A stretch of DNA of 64,000 nucleotides from Nemertoderma westbladi (lineage: Eukaryota > Animalia > Xenacoelomorpha). Position 1 is the stretch's first letter; each line of letters begins with the position of its first letter. The stretch is taken from positions 1 through 64,000 of the forward strand of contig JAUCBJ010008689.1 of NCBI GenBank assembly GCA_032718475.1, given 5' to 3'. A program made the translations under genes and the position numbers. Of the stretch, positions 25,082 to 37,406 are shown in pieces. The notes under the pieces are model-generated. The model saw only the letters and a list, made by a program, of their open reading frames with translations, ran no database searches and was not told the DNA's origin.

Positions 25082-25242
25082 CCCATATCCACATTGTATC
25101 CCTGTTAAACAAAGCGAGAGACATGGAGCTGCTAGCTCCCGACATTGTTGTGGAGTTGGAGGATATTCGCTCAAAGTCCCGCCAACTCACCTCCCAGATA
25201 AACTCCCTAAAGAGTCGGTGTGCCGGGATTCAGACCACGTAG
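25082..25242 (+). CDS. Terminal coding exon 4 of bHLH-ZIP gene: end of helix 2 and leucine zipper
   Basis: CTAAT branch-like motif, poly-T tract and CCCAG| acceptor; phase 1 matches exon 3. (A)HIHIVSLLNKARDMELLAPDIVVELEDIRSKSRQLTSQINSLKSRCAGIQTT* has heptad L-M-I-I-L-L. Confidence 0.8.
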
Positions 25243-25293
25243 TATTTATTGGTTAGTTAATATTAATTACTGTACTAGCGGCAAAAATAGCGT

Positions 25294-25984
25294 ACCGGCA
25301 CACGTAATGGTATATGTAGCATCTACTTACCGGCACACGTAATGGTATATGTAGCATCTACTTACCGGCACACGTAATGGTATATGTAGCATCTACTTAC
25401 CGGCACACGTAATGGTATATGTAGCATCTACTTACCGGCACACGTAATGGTATATGTAGCATCTACTTACCGGCACACGTAATGGTATATGTATCATCTA
25501 CTTACTGGCACACGTAATGGTATATGTAGCATCTACTTACCGGCACACGTAATGGTATATGTAGCATCTACTTACCGGCACACGTAATGGTATATGTAGC
25601 ATCTACTTACCGGCACACGTAATGGTATATGTATCATCTACTTACCGGCACACGTAATGGTATATGTAGCATCTACTTACCGGCACACGTAATGGTATAT
25701 GTATCATCTACTTACCGGCACACGTAATGGTATATGTAGCATCTACTTACCGGCACACGTAATGGTATATGTAGCATCTACTTACCGACACACGTAATGG
25801 TATATGTAGCATCTACTTACCGGCACACGTAATGGTATATGTAGCATCTACTTACCGGCACACGTAATGGTATATGTATCATCTACTTACCGGCACACGT
25901 AATGGTATATGTATCATCTACTTACCGGTACACGTAATGGTATATGTAGCATCTACTTACCGACACACGTAATGGTATATGTAG
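25294..25984. repeat. 35-bp minisatellite TACCGGCACACGTAATGGTATATGTAGCATCTACT, about 20 copies
   Basis: Directly visible tandem units. Confidence 0.97.
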
Positions 25985-26209
25985 GTATGTTTATTCACCA
26001 TAATCTGCGACTTGGTTGGGTAAAGGTGAAAAAAGGAAATTGAATAAATGAACTTCCATATAATTAAATTCCAATTAATTGTGTTTGAGATAATGTACTC
26101 TTACTCTTACTAGTAATAATTAAAATATATAATTAAATTATATAATGAATCAAAGTTAAGTCAGAATAACAGAATATTGTAATTTAATTACTTAATATTT
26201 AATTACTTT

Positions 26210-26810
26210 AATCAAAGTAAAATAATGTAAAATATATGTAAAATAATGTAAAATCAATGAAAAATAATGTAAAATCAATGAAAAATAATGTAAAATAATG
26301 TAAAATATATGTAAAATAATGTAAAATATATGTAAAATCAATGAAAAATAATATAAAATAATGTAAAATAAATGAAAAATAATGTAAAATAATGTAAAAT
26401 CAATGAAAAATAATGAAAAATAATGTAAAATCAATGAAAAATAATGTAAAATAATGTAAAATCAATGAAAAATAATATAAAATAATGTAAAATCAATGAA
26501 AAATAATGTAAAATAATGTAAAATCAATGAAAAATAATGTAAAATAATGTAAAATCAATGAAAAATAATATAAAATAATGTAAAAGCAATGAAAAATAAT
26601 GTAAAATCAATGAAAAATAATATAAAATAATGTAAAAGCAATGAAAAATAATGTAAAATAATGTAAAATCAATGAAAAATAATATAAAATAATGTAAAAT
26701 CAATGAAAAATAATGTAAAATAATGTAAAATCAATGAAAAATAATGTAAAATCAATGAAAAATAATGTAAAATAATGTAAAATCAATGAAAAATAATGTA
26801 AAATCAATCT
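26210..26810. repeat. AT-rich degenerate 10-11 bp repeat (AAAATAATGT / AAAATCAATGA)
   Basis: Directly visible. Confidence 0.9.
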
Positions 26811-28419
26811 AAAAAGACGTCATATCATAAGCAAATTGTAAAAACCTGTCGTTAATGCATTTCATAGAAATCTGCAGAACGCCAAAATGTTTAATTAGTT
26901 AATGTAAATTAAGGCGGTTGTGAGTAGTGTTGGTATATCTGGCTATAACTCACTGCGTGGGTGGTGTTTCGTGCAGTTTTAATAATAATTGTTTGTGAGC
27001 TGAATATACACCCAGCAGTACTGAAACTCGACCGGTACACTAATACATCATTCATATGGAGGCCGCTAGCATATCACCTGATCCAGATGAAGGTTAATTA
27101 ACTTATCTAACGTATCGAACTCCAGGGAGAAATTATATAATATGATGGATCTCTTATTCTGGAAACTTATAATAATTACTGACCCGAGATTATAATAATG
27201 ATAAAACAATCACATATAAAAAGTCGGGAAGTATGTGGGGCATCATGCCGGATAAATGTAATCCTGCCCGAGGGCTGGAGTGGAGCGCAGCGGAGGTAAT
27301 ATTTAAATATTTAATAAATATATATTAATTAATAATATTGGCCATGTGTTATGTTAATATCAAATATATTTGTTTTATGCACAGAAAATATCAAGTCACA
27401 AAAATAGTGTTTTCAATTGGATTAGTTAGCAAAACTGATTGACTATTTAGAACAAATTTAATTTTATGGAAACAAAGATATCATACAAAAAAATAAAAAA
27501 ATAAAATATTAACAAACTCTTGCTTATTTAATGAAATCTTCTTGAACAACAATTATTTGTTCTAGAACAAATTTTTGAAATTAAATGAATATGTTCTAGA
27601 ACATTTAAAAAAAGATAACAAAAACCAGCTAGTTTTAAAAAAATCCATGCATTATTGTACTGTAATTTAGCGGGCATGATTGTAAAATCATTCCCTCAAA
27701 ATTTATTAATAAACACTAGACCGTTCACATAGGAATAAGTGATTATTTATTATAGATTTTTATAAAATTTCCCAAGTATTTTTTCTTTATTTCCATCGGT
27801 CATTTCGTCTTGGAACATGAATAATTTTATTTTATTTTTATGATTATAAACATTACTTTAATACTTTATTACGATGTGTAACTTAATTATTATTAGAGGT
27901 AGGAGTATAAGGTCATGTCTTCAGAATCACCTTGGGACATGTTTTTCCGATACATTAGGGCATAATATTCACAAAAAATTAGAAATTTTAGTCCAAATTC
28001 ATCAGCAGCAAGCAAAAAAACTGAGCGGTACCCACAATCCGCTCGAGCGATGACGGATTTATGGTAATTTTGCTTGTATACCAACTTCTTATGGTCGTAT
28101 CGTTATTTGGTTTCATTTGAATCGCAATGGTCGATTTAGTGGGGGTAGATGTCACCATTTAGTCACTAAACACTATATTTCTTAAGATATGGGTCATTTG
28201 CCATAAAATTTTCATTTTTATTTCGTTTCGATTGGCATCAGTTCTTATAAGTAGCAATGCAATGCATTATACAATTGTATTTTTTTTTGTATTTTTTTTG
28301 TGTATTTAAGTATATTTATTTATTTTTTTGTTTCTTTGCTGAAGAATTTGTAAATATCACTTGCATTCTTGAAATTTCATCAGGCACACATGGTATTTTG
28401 TTGGTACAGATCTGATTGA

Positions 28420-29056
28420 TTACTTATTCATATAGACTGTATGGGTGGATGGATGTCTTGGACAGTGATAGCTTTGTTACTAATTCATATTGACTGTATG
28501 GGTGGATGGATGTCTTGGACAGTGATAGCTTTGTTACTTATTCATGTTGACTGTATGGGTGGATGGATGTCTTGGACAGTGATAGCTTTGTTACTAATTC
28601 ATATTGACTGTATGGGTGGATGGATGTCTTGGACAGTGATAGCTTTGTTACTAATTCATATTGACTGTATGGGTGGATGGATGTCTTGGACAGTGATAGC
28701 TTTGTTACTAATTCATATTGACTGTATGGGTGGATGGATGTCTTGGACAGTGATAGCTTTGTTACTAATTCATATTGACTGTATGGGTGGATTGATGTCA
28801 TGGACAGTGATAGCTTTGTTACTAATTCATATTGACTGTATGGGTGGATGGATGTCTTGGACAGTGATAGCTTTGTTACTAATTCATATTGACTGTATGG
28901 GTGGATTGATGTCATGGACAGTGATAGCTTTGTTACTAATTCATATTGACTGTATGGGTGGATGGATGTCTTGGACAGTGATAGCTTTGTTACTAATTCA
29001 TATTGACTGTATGGGTGGATGGATGTCTTGGACAGTGATAGCTTTGTTACTTATTC
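28420..29056. repeat. 57-bp minisatellite, about 11 copies
   Basis: Unit TTACTAATTCATATTGACTGTATGGGTGGATGGATGTCTTGGACAGTGATAGCTTTG. Confidence 0.96.
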
Positions 29057-29059
29057 TCT

Positions 29060-30000
29060 GGAAAATATCACCGTTAGAAGGAAGTTTGATATGTTCTCTG
29101 TTGCTTCTAGAAGCAACTTGGCTCTCATCTGATAATAACACAGTTGGATTCTCAACCATTCCCTCGTGGGAAATCTTCATGAGCCGAAACAAATGGCAAT
29201 GGAAAAAACTGGCAATTACATCAGACTTATGAGAACGTTTGGAAAAAGCCTTTAAATGCGGCTTTTCATAATTGATTATAATTGGTTCATGCTCATCAAG
29301 TGAGGCGCATGGTCCATATTTTACAATCTTAAGAAGCTTCGTAGTCAGATAGTGTAATCATTGTGAGTAAATGTGTAATCCTGTAATCATAGTGAGATGC
29401 TAGGCCTATTTTATTTAGAAGCCTCTGTTTCTGGAGAGCTTTTTGGCTTTGAGACAATCTATCCTCCCTTTAACAGAGAATGGATCGAACTTGCCGAGAA
29501 ATTCTTTCAACAATGCCTTTTCAGCCTGATATACAGTACTGTAAAACCATATCAGTGCGAATCCCTTAGCAGTGAACTTGGCATTTTGCTGCTACTGCCA
29601 AGTGTCTAAATTTGGCAAGATCCCTTTCAGATTCAATATTATGTCTTGGAAGTTCTTTCAGATCTGCAGGTTCAATCCTAAACAATTCAGTATCTCGTGG
29701 TTTCTCCCCTGCCTCTTTGTAAAACCCATATTCTCGACCACCAACCAATTACAGTACCTCTGCTACATGAAGGCACATTTTATGCATAATGGCAGATCAG
29801 TTTGGGGACTTCTTACAGGAACATGTTTGTATATTAATATAGTCTGCCAGGCTCTCAGTTTTACCAGCCTTGAGATCACTGCATAGTTTAGGAAGTATCT
29901 CAAGAAGCTTGTCTTGGCCAGATTGTTCAACATAGATAAGCAAAGGCAATGTAAATAAGCAACTAATGCAAGGGTTTGGAGCTCTGTAAGGAAAAACTCA
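29060..30000 (-). pseudogene. Decayed transposase-like coding relic
   Basis: Protein-like minus-strand segments with stops and frameshifts: FLTELQTLA, LPLLIYVEQSGQDKLLEILPKLCSDLKAGKTESLADY, GREYGF..PRDTELFRIEPADLKELPRHNIESERDLAKF. The PxxNxxSER motif resembles the catalytic-Glu region of hAT-like DDE transposases; family uncertain. Confidence 0.55.
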
Positions 30001-30020
30001 CAGCTGATATATATATATAT

Positions 30021-31802
30021 CCCACTGCCTCACATTGCACCTTACACAACTCTACTTCGTGTTCCCACTGCCTCACATTGCACCTCACACAACTCTACGT
30101 CGTGTTCCCACTGCCTCACATTGCACCTCACACAACTCTACTTCGTGTTCCCACTGCCTCACATTGCACCTCACACACCTCTACTTCGTGTTCCCACTGC
30201 CTCACATTGCACCTCACACAACTCTACGTCGTGTTCCCACTGCCTCACATTGCACCTCACACAACTCTACTTCGTGTTCCCACTGCCTCACATTGCACCT
30301 CACACAACTCTACGTCGTGTTCCCACTGCCTCACATTGCACCTCACACAACTCTACTTCGTGTTCCCACTGCCTCACATTGCACCTCACACAACTCTACG
30401 TCGTGTTCCCACTGCCTCACATTGCACCTCACACAACTCTACTTCGTGTTCCCACTGCCTCACATTGCACCTCACACAACTCTACTTCGTGTTCCCACTG
30501 CCTCACATTGCACCTCACACAACTCTACTTCGTGTTCCCACTGCCTCACATTGCACCTCACACAACTCTACTTCGTGTTCCCACTGCCTCACATTGCACC
30601 TCACACAACTCTACTTCGTGTTCCCACTGCCTCACATTGCACCTCACACAACTCTACGTCGTGTTCCCACTGCCTCACATTGCACCTCACACAACTCTAC
30701 TTCGTGTTCCCACTGCCTCACATTGCACCTCACACAACTCTACTTCGTGTTCCCACTGCCTCACATTGCACCTCACACAACTCTACTTCGTGTTCCCACT
30801 GCCTCACATTGCACCTCACACAACTCTACGTCGTGTTCCCACTGCCTCACATTGCACCTCACACAACTCTACTTCGTGTTCCCACTGCCTCACATTGCAC
30901 CTCACACAACTCTACTTCGTGTTCCCACTGCCTCACATTGCACCTCACACAACTCTACTTCGTGTTCCCACTGCCTCACATTGCACCTCACACAACTCTA
31001 CGTCGTGTTCCCACTGCCTCACATTGCACCTCACACAACTCTACTTCGTATTCCCACTGCCTCACATTGCACCTCACACAACTCTACTTCGTGTTCCCAC
31101 TGCCTCACATTGCACCTCACACAACTCTACTTCGTGTTCCCACTGCCTCACATTGCACCTCACACAACTCTACTTCGTGTTCCCACTGCCTCACATTGCA
31201 CCTCACACAACTCTACTTCGTGTTCCCACTGCCTCACATTGCACCTCACACAACTCTACTTCGTGTTCCCACTGCCTCACATTGCACCTCACACAACTCT
31301 ACTTCGTATTCCCACTGCCTCACATTGCACCTCACACAACTCTACTTCGTGTTCCCACTGCCTCACATTGCACCTCACACAACTCTACTTCGTGTTCCCA
31401 CTGCCTCACATTGCACCTCACACAACTCTACTTCGTGTTCCCACTGCCTCACATTGCACCTCACACAACTCTACGTCGTGTTCCCACTGCCTCACATTGC
31501 ACCTCACACAACTCTACTTCGTGTTCCCACTGCCTCACATTGCACCTCACACAACTCTACTTCGTGTTCCCACTGCCTCACATTGCACCTCACACAACTC
31601 TACTTCGTGTTCCCACTGCCTCACATTGCACCTCACACAACTCTACTTCGTGTTCCTACTGCCTCACATTGCACCTCACACAACTCTACTTCGTGTTCCC
31701 ACTGCCTCACATTGCACCTCACACAACTCTACTTCGTGTTCCCACTGCCTCACATTGCACCTCACACAACTCTACTTCGTGTTCCCACTGCCTCACATTG
31801 CA
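30021..31802. repeat. 43-bp satellite CCCACTGCCTCACATTGCACCTCACACAACTCTACTTCGTGTT, about 41 copies
   Basis: Directly visible; explains the three overlapping long ORFs. Confidence 0.98.
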
Positions 31803-32280
31803 TCGCTACAAACTAATTAAATGATTGGAGTCAAACGATTTTTAGGAGGAATGAACTGCCACTTTATGACTTCGGTTTTATCTCTCATTGTTCTTGTTGA
31901 CAGCCGAATTCCTTGGGCAATTCAACTATTTTTGGTAAGAAGGCACATTGGAGTAATTTCTTTCCCTGGTAAATCTTATCTTTGTGCTGGCGGCCGAGAA
32001 TTCGATAAAATAAACTCCTAACTCCCTAGATTAACCCCCGGAATTGTATGGAATGCTTCGCTTCGGGGTCAGGTTTTACCCGTAAATGGGGCGGATTTAC
32101 TTCGCCACCTGAGTGCGCTGGGGATCGTGTTTGTTACCGTGGATAATCGAATTCGTATGTTTTATACCAATCTAGAATGCGTTGTAGCGGAGAACTAGGT
32201 ATCATGGCGGTTTATCCACACTACATATCGGCATTCAACGTGCGATAATTACTTCATTAAAACATTCCCAGGTACATCAT

Positions 32281-32523
32281 GGCTACTGATCTGGGGCCTT
32301 CCTGCAGCAACACTGCAAGCCATATCAGCGATCAAGTACACTATGGTTTTAGTTATAACTGACTACTGGTCTGGGGCCTCCGTGCAGCATCACTGCAAGC
32401 CATATCAGCGAACAATTACTCTATGGTTTTAGTTATAACTGACTACTGGTCTGGGGCCTCCGTGCAGCATCACTGCAAGCCATATCAACGAACAATTACT
32501 CTATGGTTTTAGTTATAACTGAC
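32281..32523. repeat. 80-bp tandem repeat, 3 copies
   Basis: GACTACTGGTCTGGGGCCTCCGTGCAGCATCACTGCAAGCCATATC... recurs at 32281, 32361 and 32441. Confidence 0.9.
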
Positions 32524-32623
32524 ATTGTATAATTATAACAGATCGCTGATGGTCATTATATGATAAATATTAATTATGATAATTAATATTTATCTTAAAT
32601 ATGTCATAATAGTGTATCGTTTG

Positions 32624-33800
32624 GTACTATACACATACAGACAGATACTATATATATAGTATATACATATACTATATACATTCAGATACTATATAAAACA
32701 TACAGACAGATGTACTATACACATACAGACAGATACTATATATATAGTATATACATATACTATATACATACAGATACTATATAATACATACAGACAGATG
32801 TACTATACACATACAGACAGATACTATATATATACATATACTATATACATACAGATACTATATAATACATACAGACAGATGTACTATATAATATATATAT
32901 ACGTTACACATTCTATATACATACAGATACTATATAATACATACAGATAGATGTACTATTCACATACAGACAGATGTACTATACACATACAGACAGATAC
33001 TATATATATACATATACTATATACATACAGATACTATATAATACATACAGATACTATATAATACATACAGACAGATGTACTATACACATACAGACAGATG
33101 TACTATACACATACAGACAGATACTATATAATATATATATACGTTACATATTCTATATACATACAGATACTATATAATACATACAGACAGATGTACTATA
33201 CACATACAGACAGATGTACTATACACATACAGACAGATACTATATAATATATATATACATATACTATATACATACAGATACTATATAATACATACAGACA
33301 GATGTACTATACACATACAGACAGGTACTATATAATATATATATACATATACTATATACATACAGATACTATATAATACATACAGACAGATGTACTATAC
33401 ACATACAGACAGATACTATATATATACATATACTATATACATACAGATACCATATAATACATACAGACATATGTACTATACACATACAGACAGATACTAT
33501 ATAATATATATATACATATACTATATACATACATATACTATATACATACAGATACCATATAATACATACAGACATATGTACTATACACATACAGACAGAT
33601 ACTATATAATATATATATACATATACTATATACATACAGATACTATATAATACATACAGACAGATGTACTATACACATACAGACAGATACTATATATATA
33701 CATATACTATATATACATACAGATATCAAGATACTATATATATTCCGGTATATACTAGGCCTATACAGATATAAGATATACTATATATAATATATATACA
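32624..33800. repeat. Compound TA/CA-rich low-complexity array (TACTATATA, CATACAGACAGAT modules)
   Basis: Directly visible. Confidence 0.92.
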
Positions 33801-33867
33801 ACAAAATGATAATTTTTATTGACTATGTATTTGGGTCCGTAACAAACGAAATAACGACATTATCTTG

Positions 33868-34200
33868 ATAACTTTATTCTCCTATAGTTAATGAGAACTT
33901 TATTCTCCTATAGTTAATGAGAACTTTATTCTCCTATAGTTAATGAGAACTTTATTCTCCTATAGTTAATGAGAACTTTATTCTCCTATAGTTAATGAGA
34001 ACTTTATTCTCCTATAGTTAATGAGAACTTTATTCTCCTATAGTTAATGAGAACTTTATTCTCCTATAGTTAATGAGAACTTTATTCTCCTATAGTTAAT
34101 GAGAACTTTATTCTCCTATAGTTAATGAGAACTTTATTCTCCTATAGTTAATGAGAACTTTATTCTCCTATAGTTAATGATAACTTTATTATCCTATAAT
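33868..34200. repeat. 26-bp minisatellite AACTTTATTCTCCTATAGTTAATGAG, about 12 copies
   Basis: Directly visible. Confidence 0.96.
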
Positions 34201-34759
34201 AGTTAAGATATTTAACGTTGTATTTTATAGTTAACAAATTGATTTGTTTTCTTTTAGGTTTGACGGACATATTTCTTAGCCGAAACGCCACCGATATGTA
34301 GCAGATAAATCAAGCAAACAATATCCTCACTCTACTCAAACCGAACACAGCTACAATAACTTCAGCTGCCTTTATTAATTACTCAATGCCTCAGGTTTAC
34401 AATGAGTTGTGAATTATTTGATATTACTCCTCGGTGGAGCTGCAGTATTCATCATTTCATTTTGCTTGCACTGGACTTTGGTTAGGCAGTAATTGTGTGA
34501 TAATATTATTTATGAACCATTTATTGATTGTTACCCTATGCCAACTTATCAGCGTTCTGGTCATATCATTGTAAGATTGTAGGACTTTCCAGCTTTGTGG
34601 CCTACAGTATATGTTGGAACGCTGCAAAGTAATCAATAAGTGTGTGGATTATATAGTTGTCGTAGTAACTGTAATTAATTAATTATTATTTATTTAATTA
34701 TTAATTAATTAAGTAATTAATTAATTTGGATAAATGGATACGACATTTATAAATCATTC

Positions 34760-35950
34760 CGAACGCCGATAAGTTGACATAAATATTGTAACCAAATCGC
34801 GTGACGTCATTGTATGTAAATGGCTCTGTTCAGCTTTTATTATACACGTTATTTATGTACACCTCCCTCGCTACGCTCGCTCGGTACATAAATACCCTCG
34901 GCTGGAATGTGCTACTTTTTACACAACGATGTCACCAGTTATTATTAGCCTTATCTTACAATGTCTTACACTGTGCTTATTGCCATTAGATATTCTAGAA
35001 TTGCTGGATTTTAGATAACTTTATGGGTTAGTCAGGTTGTTGGGTCTGCAGCTCGGTAGCGGTTAGGGTTAGCTAATTATTACGTGATTTTTAGGGTTCG
35101 GCGAATTTTGGGACAGGTATTAACATTCCAAGTGGCTCGCGGTTCTTAGTCTAGATTCAATTTTACATTTAGTTACATTTGGGCCTAAAATATGAGTTTT
35201 TAGTTGTTTTTTTAGGGCGGGTTTAGCATCATAATAGTTGATTAATAATATTTTTTTATGCTTCTTAGCAATTCCATAAACATAATATTCTTAGACTTTT
35301 GTAAAGAATGTTAATTGAGTTGATTTACCTTTATTTGCATATTATTTACCATATTAACTAGCCATTCATTCCATTTAAGAATCGACCATTTTTGAGCCTC
35401 TTTCCTTTGCTGGTAAACTATTTATCACTCACTATTTCTTTGTAGTGTAACTCACTTTTTCTATAAGTGTGTCGTCTCTCTATGCAATTTGTCTGAGATA
35501 AATGTTATTATTTACAATTTAAGCCTTCAGATTTGTCAAATACTATTTTTTTAATTTTATTTACAAATAAATTGTTAATTTTTATATTTGTCATTATGTA
35601 AAAAAATATATTATATTAATACATTATTTCAATTTAACAGAGTCAAATAATATATTTGTAGAAAAAACCCCAAAAGTAATTAATAATTAAGAAACAGTCG
35701 ACTTTTAGAGCACTTCTTGATTTTTCTCCATTAATATTACTAAACATTACATTATTAAAGCTAATAATTAATTAACAGTTCATAACGCCGATAAGTTGAC
35801 ATAATGTAACGAAGTTAACGCACACCATTGTGAGAAAACCTTGAGAGTTTATGATCCTCGTTAATTGATGTAAACATCCCTCTCTGCGCTCGTTCGGTAA
35901 ATATATACACTCAGGGTCATAACGCTGTAAAGTGATACTTTCACAAAGTG
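34760..35950 (+). repeat. Two diverged copies of a dispersed repeat (about 34760-34950 and 35780-35950)
   Basis: Both have AACGCCGATAAGTTGACATAA and a CCCTC.CT.CGCTCG.TCGGTA.ATA motif. Confidence 0.6.
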
Positions 35951-36599
35951 ATACCAATTTAGTAGGTAATTTTAATATTATATTTGTTTTATTCCTCAGC
36001 TATGATGTTCAGTTATTTTCAAATTTATTAATAAATTTAAATATTTTACGTTTATTTTTTTAGTTTCTGTCTCGATGTTTAATTAATTTTAATTTTGTTG
36101 TTAACAAATTAAGAAGAAATAACTAAATAATGTTAATTTTTTAGTAATCATCTTTCTTTATTTACTTTGCATTATTTAAATGGAATCATGATGATATTTT
36201 ATTTTTGTACATTTTATTATAAATGGCCAAATAGATTATATTGCAATTAATATGAGTTCTACTTTTCCTTTGTTCCAATTAGCTGGTCTCCATTTAGTAC
36301 ATTTATTTTTTCAAGTTGTTCTTAAAATTGCATTTTTAATCCGAGTTTTAGATGAAGTTTCCGGATTTATATCCCAGCGGGATTAAAAGTTTCACAATGT
36401 TAAATACATTTCCTTCCGGGAATAAATTAGAAAGACAAAATAAACAGTAGATTTTGTGATTTGTTATTGTTTGTTTACCTTCATAATTCAATCAATCTCG
36501 TTATTAATCAACTCCAAGCGAAATAAAATGTAAAATAAAATAAATTAAAATATAAATTTTAAAATATTAGTTAATCTACAGGAAGTTCAATGAATCTTA

Positions 36600-36830
36600 T
36601 ATATTTAAACAGGCGATCCCAGCCATTATAAATGACTACAGCACTAAATGTTAAGCTAAACGGCAGGGGTGGGTTCTGAGACCTAAATATAAATCCATAT
36701 ACAGACAGACAGTAGCGGTACCGTACCGGTTACCGGGTACCGGTTACTAACCGTACCGGTTAGTAATTCAGACTTTAACACTTAGTGCTGTAGTCATTTA
36801 TAATGGCTGGGATCGGCTGTTGAAATATAT
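36600..36830. mobile_element. Small MITE-like inverted repeat element
   Basis: AACAGGCGATCCCAGCCATTATAAATGACTACAGCACTAAATGTTAA is mirrored by TTAACACTTAGTGCTGTAGTCATTTATAATGGCTGGGATCGGCTGTT, with TA-rich flanks. Confidence 0.75.
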
Positions 36831-37406
36831 TTCATTAGATTAATTCAGTAGTTTGTATTTACCAGTTTATAAACATAAATATATTGAATTCTTTAGACTC
36901 AATCTCAGTATTCTCATCTGGGTTTTTATCACGACAATATTTAATTGAGACACAATCGGTTTGTGGAGCGAATGCGGTATGAATGTTAGTCCTTATTGTT
37001 TGAGTTAATTCTAATTGCCAAGGTTAATTAAATCAATCTAATATTTTATTGTTTGATTACATGTAGGTAGACCATATTATTATTGTATTAGTAATTTCTT
37101 TTTCCGTGTTACACACGTACAATAATTATTTACCTAATATTGTGCTGTTTATCTCATTACATATTACTCATCTACTATATTGTTGTTTATCTAAAAAAAC
37201 ATTTTTTGTACTAAATTTTGGGTTGTTATTATTATTATAATAAGTGATTAATTTCCAAGTAAGGCAGATACTTTTGGGAGTTACACAAGTAGCCCGTTCT
37301 CTCGCTTAAGTGTTGTGATTTAGTAGTTGTAATTGCTTGGAGTAGCTTAGTTTCTTAGTTTAGTCTATAAAACATCACTGGCGTAGACTGCATCTATAGC
37401 AGCTTA

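Noticed and set aside
28441-29232. 263-aa hydrophobic repeat ORF resembling a membrane protein
   Set aside because: Translation of the 57-bp minisatellite running antisense into the transposase relic; no independent gene evidence.
29976-31824. Three long ORFs of 567-614 aa
   Set aside because: Translations of a stop-free 43-bp satellite, giving the same peptide in all three frames.
35020-35100. TTAGGG-like motifs as telomeric repeat
   Set aside because: Only scattered single units, not an array.
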